A stretch of 39,062 bases of DNA, taken from IMG/VR virus record IMGVR_UViG_3300027820_000018, positions 1 to 39,062 of that record. One strand, written 5' to 3'. The stretch is from a virus (Duplodnaviria > Caudoviricetes). Positions 35,310 through 39,062 of the stretch are shown one piece after another. The notes under the pieces are model-generated. The model made no database searches. It had not been told where the DNA came from and saw nothing but the letters and a program-made list of their open reading frames with translations. Numbering within the stretch: the first letter of the stretch is position 1; every line of letters begins with the position of its first letter. Position numbers and translations under genes: made by a program.

Positions 35310-35939
35310 ATGAGTGAAATAGAGTTTAAAGACCTTACGGCAAGGCCGACAACGGCGGGTGATAGCTTTGTCGGAATTGATTCGGCTGGGGAAGCTGCGC
35401 GGATTACTATCCCGTCTTCGTTCTCGGTTGGTACAGCAGCATACGCCAATCTTGGAACAGCAGGCGATGAGGTTCCACTTAACGGCGACTTGGGAACAGC
35501 TGCCAGTGTCGATACCGGCACAGACCCCGGTGACGTTCCTCTTAATTCAGACCTTGGCACTGCAGCGTATGTGGACACTGGCGCCGGGGCTTCTGATGTT
35601 CCACTAAATTCAAGCCTCGGGACGTTCGCCTACGAAGACTTTGACGCCGGTCCTTTTACGGCTAACGGGTATATACAGTTTCCGGGCGGTTTGATTCTGC
35701 AATGGGCCACGCAAACGGTATCGGCGACGAATGGAAGCTCTCATGTTCTGAATTTCCCGATAACTTTCCCTACTGGAACTTTGCAGGCGATAATGTCAGC
35801 AACAGCCGGAACCACTGCGACAGGCACCGCTGATGAGGGTACTGTGGTTGCATCTGTTACGGCATCTTCACTGACGTGGGAGCACCGCTGGAACACGCAG
35901 TACGCTCAAGATTACCGCTTTTTTATGATAGGGCATTGA
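35310..35939 (+). CDS. Short tail fibre (gp53-like C-terminal domain)
   Basis: Repeats LGTAA..DTG...GDVPLN; NGYIQFPGGLILQW...FPITFP...IGH. Confidence 0.82.
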   Translation: MSEIEFKDLTARPTTAGDSFVGIDSAGEAARITIPSSFSVGTAAYANLGTAGDEVPLNGDLGTAASVDTGTDPGDVPLNSDLGTAAYVDTGAGASDVPLNSSLGTFAYEDFDAGPFTANGYIQFPGGLILQWATQTVSATNGSSHVLNFPITFPTGTLQAIMSATAGTTATGTADEGTVVASVTASSLTWEHRWNTQYAQDYRFFMIGH

Positions 35940-35940
35940 T

Positions 35941-36480
35941 ATGAAATATTGGCGCGATGGATTCAGGGACAGCAATATTCACGGCAATCCGGAAGATTCT
36001 GATATTGTCCTGACTGATGAAGAATACAGTGATTTGCTTTCTGAACAGTCGGCAGGAAAAGTGATATCCGTAGTTGACGGTGCGCTTGTTTGTGTTGAGC
36101 CTGTGCAGAGCTTTACTAAAGATGAACTTTGTCTCTCTATTGACGCTTTGGCAGGTTCCGTTGCTGAATCGTTTGCCCCTTATTCGCTTGCTGATCAGGA
36201 ATACAAACTGACACAGGCACAGGTGGCTGAGTGGCGTTCTAACGGCTCTCCTGCCAATGATGTGCCATCTGCGCTGCAATCGTGGGTGGACGCCTCTGGA
36301 CTCTCTGTTGAAGACGCAGCGGCCAGCATTGAGGCAAGTGCCGATTCTCTGAACTATGCGCTTCTGGAAATCCGGCGGATTCGCCTGAAGGCAAAGCGCG
36401 ATATAATGGACGCAGAAACAATTGAAGCGGCTGTTAATATTCGTGATACCGCCCTGACTGAGTTGGAGTCTCTGAAATGA
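35941..36480 (+). CDS. Tail fibre assembly chaperone-like protein
   Basis: GF.DSNIHG...LTDEEYSDLL..QSAGKVI; directly after the fibre gene. Confidence 0.75.
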   Translation: MKYWRDGFRDSNIHGNPEDSDIVLTDEEYSDLLSEQSAGKVISVVDGALVCVEPVQSFTKDELCLSIDALAGSVAESFAPYSLADQEYKLTQAQVAEWRSNGSPANDVPSALQSWVDASGLSVEDAAASIEASADSLNYALLEIRRIRLKAKRDIMDAETIEAAVNIRDTALTELESLK

Positions 36481-36854
36481 GTAAGAAGACCTATTTCAAG
36501 GTTAATGGCACTGGCTCTGAGGCCCTGCCAATTACGGGCGGAACGGATGAATTCCAAGCCCTGAATCTTGACGAAAAGTACGAGCGGGTATATTTCAGTA
36601 TCGTGTTTTACACTGATGCCACACTGTCAACCTTGGCGACGCCTACAACTGGCACGGTCACTTTCTCCGGCAAGGATGGCGACGCGACTGTTGCCATTGA
36701 TTCCGGTGAATTTAATGCGGCTGATACATATCTGGCGACCACACTGCAGCCTGCTGCGACCGGTAATTTCACAGGCGCAACACTAGAGCTATCTGGTGTT
36801 GACTCTGGGCTTTATGCCCGGGCGTGGGCAATGCAGAAAGGTGCTGACCAATGA
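36477..36854 (+). CDS. Hypothetical beta-rich virion-like protein
   Basis: 125 aa Thr/Gly-rich; coupled to neighbours. Confidence 0.6.
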   Translation: MSKKTYFKVNGTGSEALPITGGTDEFQALNLDEKYERVYFSIVFYTDATLSTLATPTTGTVTFSGKDGDATVAIDSGEFNAADTYLATTLQPAATGNFTGATLELSGVDSGLYARAWAMQKGADQ

Positions 36855-38107
36855 AGGCTAACTGGCTGCGATTCAATTCCGGCGATGGTCGCTTAGCTCC
36901 GATTTACGACACTATTGTCCGTGTATCCGAACCGTCAGACCTGTCCGGCACGCTGTCCAGCTCTGTGATTTACGAGCTTGATGGAATTATTGACTTTACC
37001 GGAACCGGCCTGAATATCACTGTCCCTGCTGGTGGCCTGTCAATCCGTGGTCAGTCGTTTGATATCTCGGGGCTGGTGTGTAGCGATGACAATTACACGC
37101 TGTTTGAGTCTGAACTGGGCGGTTCAGGAAACGTGCTTGGCATGGAATATTATGTCGAGGTCACAGGCGCTAACTCACAGGTTTATGACCTGACTGACGC
37201 TACTGGTTTCAATGCGTTTGAGTTCGACAAAATAAACTACAACAACTGTACGTCTCTGGGTGAGATTAACGGCTATCGGCAGGGTCTGGAAATCGGTACG
37301 GGGCGACTCGGTGGAACTCCTACTCTGACGCTGTCAGGAACGTGGGTTGGTGGTTATCGAATCACTACCTCAATTGTGCGCGGGCTGGATGCGGCTATGA
37401 ATGCTCCACTGTTCGAAGCTGGCGCAGGTTTCTCTATGTCGGGTCGATTCCTTACTGACATTAACGCGGATTTGGGTGCTACTGCATCTCTATTTGACTT
37501 TGCCTCATCGCAGTTTCCAAACCCGTCTACAGTGCAAGTAAACGGCGCTCTGCTGCAGCGTAACGGTGTGTTTGACCCTGACGACTCGACGATTATCCCG
37601 AATATGTCTGGCGCTGATATTTGCGCTCTGTTTCAGGATTGTGTGGGCATTGACAACACACATGTTGGTGGGCGCCTAACTGTTACAGCTGAGACAACCA
37701 CGACAATCTCAGCCGCTGGGACATATGTTGATTTGGCGGGCACGTTCACAGCATCTGACCTCCAGCACTTTGATTCACCGGCTAACGGTCAGCTACGAAA
37801 TATCGGCAACACGCCACGCGAGTTTGTGGCTAGTCTGTCTGTTAATATAGCAGGCGGTCAGGGCGATGAAATCGGTCTGAAGCTGGTAAAATGGGATGAC
37901 TCTGCGTCCACTTTTGTGGATATCGAAGTCCCGCAAGTCCAGACGATTAATAACTTTATCATCACTACCGATAAAGCTAACTTCGTTAATATCGCCCCAT
38001 TTGAGCTTGACCAGAACGATTACATTAAATTTCAGGTAGCAAACCTGAGTGACACGACGAACGTAACAGCTGAAAACGGATCATACATTTTCGTGAGTGA
38101 GCGCTAA
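36851..38107 (+). CDS. Putative tailspike/receptor-binding beta-rich protein
   Basis: 418 aa rich in Gly/Thr/Ser/Asn/Asp, possible beta-helix with a C-terminal beta-sandwich. Confidence 0.55.
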   Translation: MKANWLRFNSGDGRLAPIYDTIVRVSEPSDLSGTLSSSVIYELDGIIDFTGTGLNITVPAGGLSIRGQSFDISGLVCSDDNYTLFESELGGSGNVLGMEYYVEVTGANSQVYDLTDATGFNAFEFDKINYNNCTSLGEINGYRQGLEIGTGRLGGTPTLTLSGTWVGGYRITTSIVRGLDAAMNAPLFEAGAGFSMSGRFLTDINADLGATASLFDFASSQFPNPSTVQVNGALLQRNGVFDPDDSTIIPNMSGADICALFQDCVGIDNTHVGGRLTVTAETTTTISAAGTYVDLAGTFTASDLQHFDSPANGQLRNIGNTPREFVASLSVNIAGGQGDEIGLKLVKWDDSASTFVDIEVPQVQTINNFIITTDKANFVNIAPFELDQNDYIKFQVANLSDTTNVTAENGSYIFVSER

Positions 38108-39062
38108 TGCAAGAACTGCCGCTGAACGGGTTTTACGAATCAACTACGACAAAGAACAGCGTTCGCCGTTGCGTTAACCTGATTCCCATCAATGAGCCGT
38201 CGGGCGGGCTGTCTCAGAACATGCTGGAATGCCCGTCTGGGTTGTCTCAGATTGGGCCTGTCGAGGCTGCAAGTGTTACAGCTACGCAGGATTATTCGAC
38301 TGCAGTATCTGGAGAGATTACCTCTCAGGTTTCCAGTGTTGCGGTGTCGCCTAATGCCGCGGCTTCTGGTTCCGCGGGGTCTCAAGTTATTATCCCTTTC
38401 CAGACATTTGCTATGTTTTACGACGGAAGCACCGGGAAGCCGACAAAACTGAATTTTTCTGATGGTTTTGAATATGCGCGTGTGACATCGTCACAGTCAG
38501 ACATTATTATCTGCTCCCCTGCTTATGCTGGTGGCAACGTTGGAGGCAATGGTTCGTACTGTCAGATTTCATTCCCGGGAACACTTGCTACAACGATAGA
38601 TGTTCTATCTGAATTTCCGCTTAACCCGACATTCCATGATGTTGCCTACGCCGGAGGGCGTATGGTATGGGTCAATTATGACATTACAGGCTCTGATCGG
38701 TTCCGCTGTTATTACTCGGATATTGGTGATTTAGTTCCGCTTAATACCCAGTTTTTCAGCCCTGACACTTCGGTTTCGCAGCTTACCGGGATTCACAACC
38801 TAAACGGCTCTCTATGGGTGTTTGATTCTGACAATGCCTTCCTGTTTACCATTACCTCATCTGTAACCACTCCGTTTCAGTGGCAACGTGCCGCTACTCA
38901 GGCGGTTGGTTGTGCCGGACCTCATGCTAAAGCGGAAGTTAAAGGCGTGCTGTACACGCTTGGACGGGTGGAAAACGGCTCTTACTCTGTTGTGGCACTC
39001 ACTCAAGGGCGTGTTTCTACTCCTGCTGTTGACGCTCTTATTCGCGAAAAGATTTCCACGCT
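38107..39062 (+). CDS. P22 gp10-like tail hub / packaged-DNA stabilization protein, N-terminal part (continues across the junction to 722; about 516 aa in total)
   Basis: ATG at 38107 overlaps the upstream TAA; reads MQELPLNGFYESTTTKNSVRRCVNLIP...; in frame with ORF 12..722 once circularised; beta-rich; size and position match gp10. Confidence 0.8.
   Translation, partial: MQELPLNGFYESTTTKNSVRRCVNLIPINEPSGGLSQNMLECPSGLSQIGPVEAASVTATQDYSTAVSGEITSQVSSVAVSPNAAASGSAGSQVIIPFQTFAMFYDGSTGKPTKLNFSDGFEYARVTSSQSDIIICSPAYAGGNVGGNGSYCQISFPGTLATTIDVLSEFPLNPTFHDVAYAGGRMVWVNYDITGSDRFRCYYSDIGDLVPLNTQFFSPDTSVSQLTGIHNLNGSLWVFDSDNAFLFTITSSVTTPFQWQRAATQAVGCAGPHAKAEVKGVLYTLGRVENGSYSVVALTQGRVSTPAVDALIREKIST
38936..39062 (+). 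repeat. 127-bp terminal direct repeat, right copy
   Basis: Identical to 1-127; lies inside a continuous ORF, consistent with a k=127 overlap rather than a physical terminal repeat. Confidence 0.97.

Larger units (their letters stand above)
1..39062. mobile_element. Complete circular P22-like podophage genome (38,935 bp unique)
   Basis: Full P22-type virion gene order, replication, recombination and lysis genes; no host genes; the ends overlap exactly. Confidence 0.93.

Noticed and set aside
35430-35630. Tail-fibre repeats as a diversity-generating retroelement TR/VR pair
   Set aside because: These are in-frame protein repeats, and no reverse transcriptase is encoded in the genome.

Overview
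The window is an apparently complete circular genome (38,935 bp unique) of a P22/Lederbergvirus-like podophage. Bases 1-127 are repeated exactly at 38936-39062, which is the usual assembly overlap. The host is probably a gammaproteobacterium (inference). Late module (+): terminase small/large, portal, scaffold, coat and gp4-like adaptor, then a six-gene receptor-binding block (SGNH hydrolase, tail fibre and chaperone, beta-rich proteins), a gp10-like hub spanning the contig junction, gp14-like protein, three ejection proteins and an M15 endolysin. The early arms diverge from about 14.2 kb. The leftward arm carries ERF, YqaJ exonuclease, SSB, MazG-like, Rmf-like and DUF1353 genes. The rightward arm carries YopX, an initiator with iterons, DnaB, RusA, a two-frame C5 methyltransferase and a LexA-like HTH. 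I recognise no integrase or CI-type repressor. The main unexplained signal is six attC-like (integron cassette) sites in two arrays (8955-9245 and 19728-20745). They bracket single small ORFs, show cassette-wise end complementarity, have no integron integrase nearby, and are all inverted relative to their ORFs. Also notable: a structured non-coding region with a tRNA-like element (about 9250-9930) and a shared AGCCGG operator-like motif in five promoter spacers. All calls come from reading the sequence; no searches were run.
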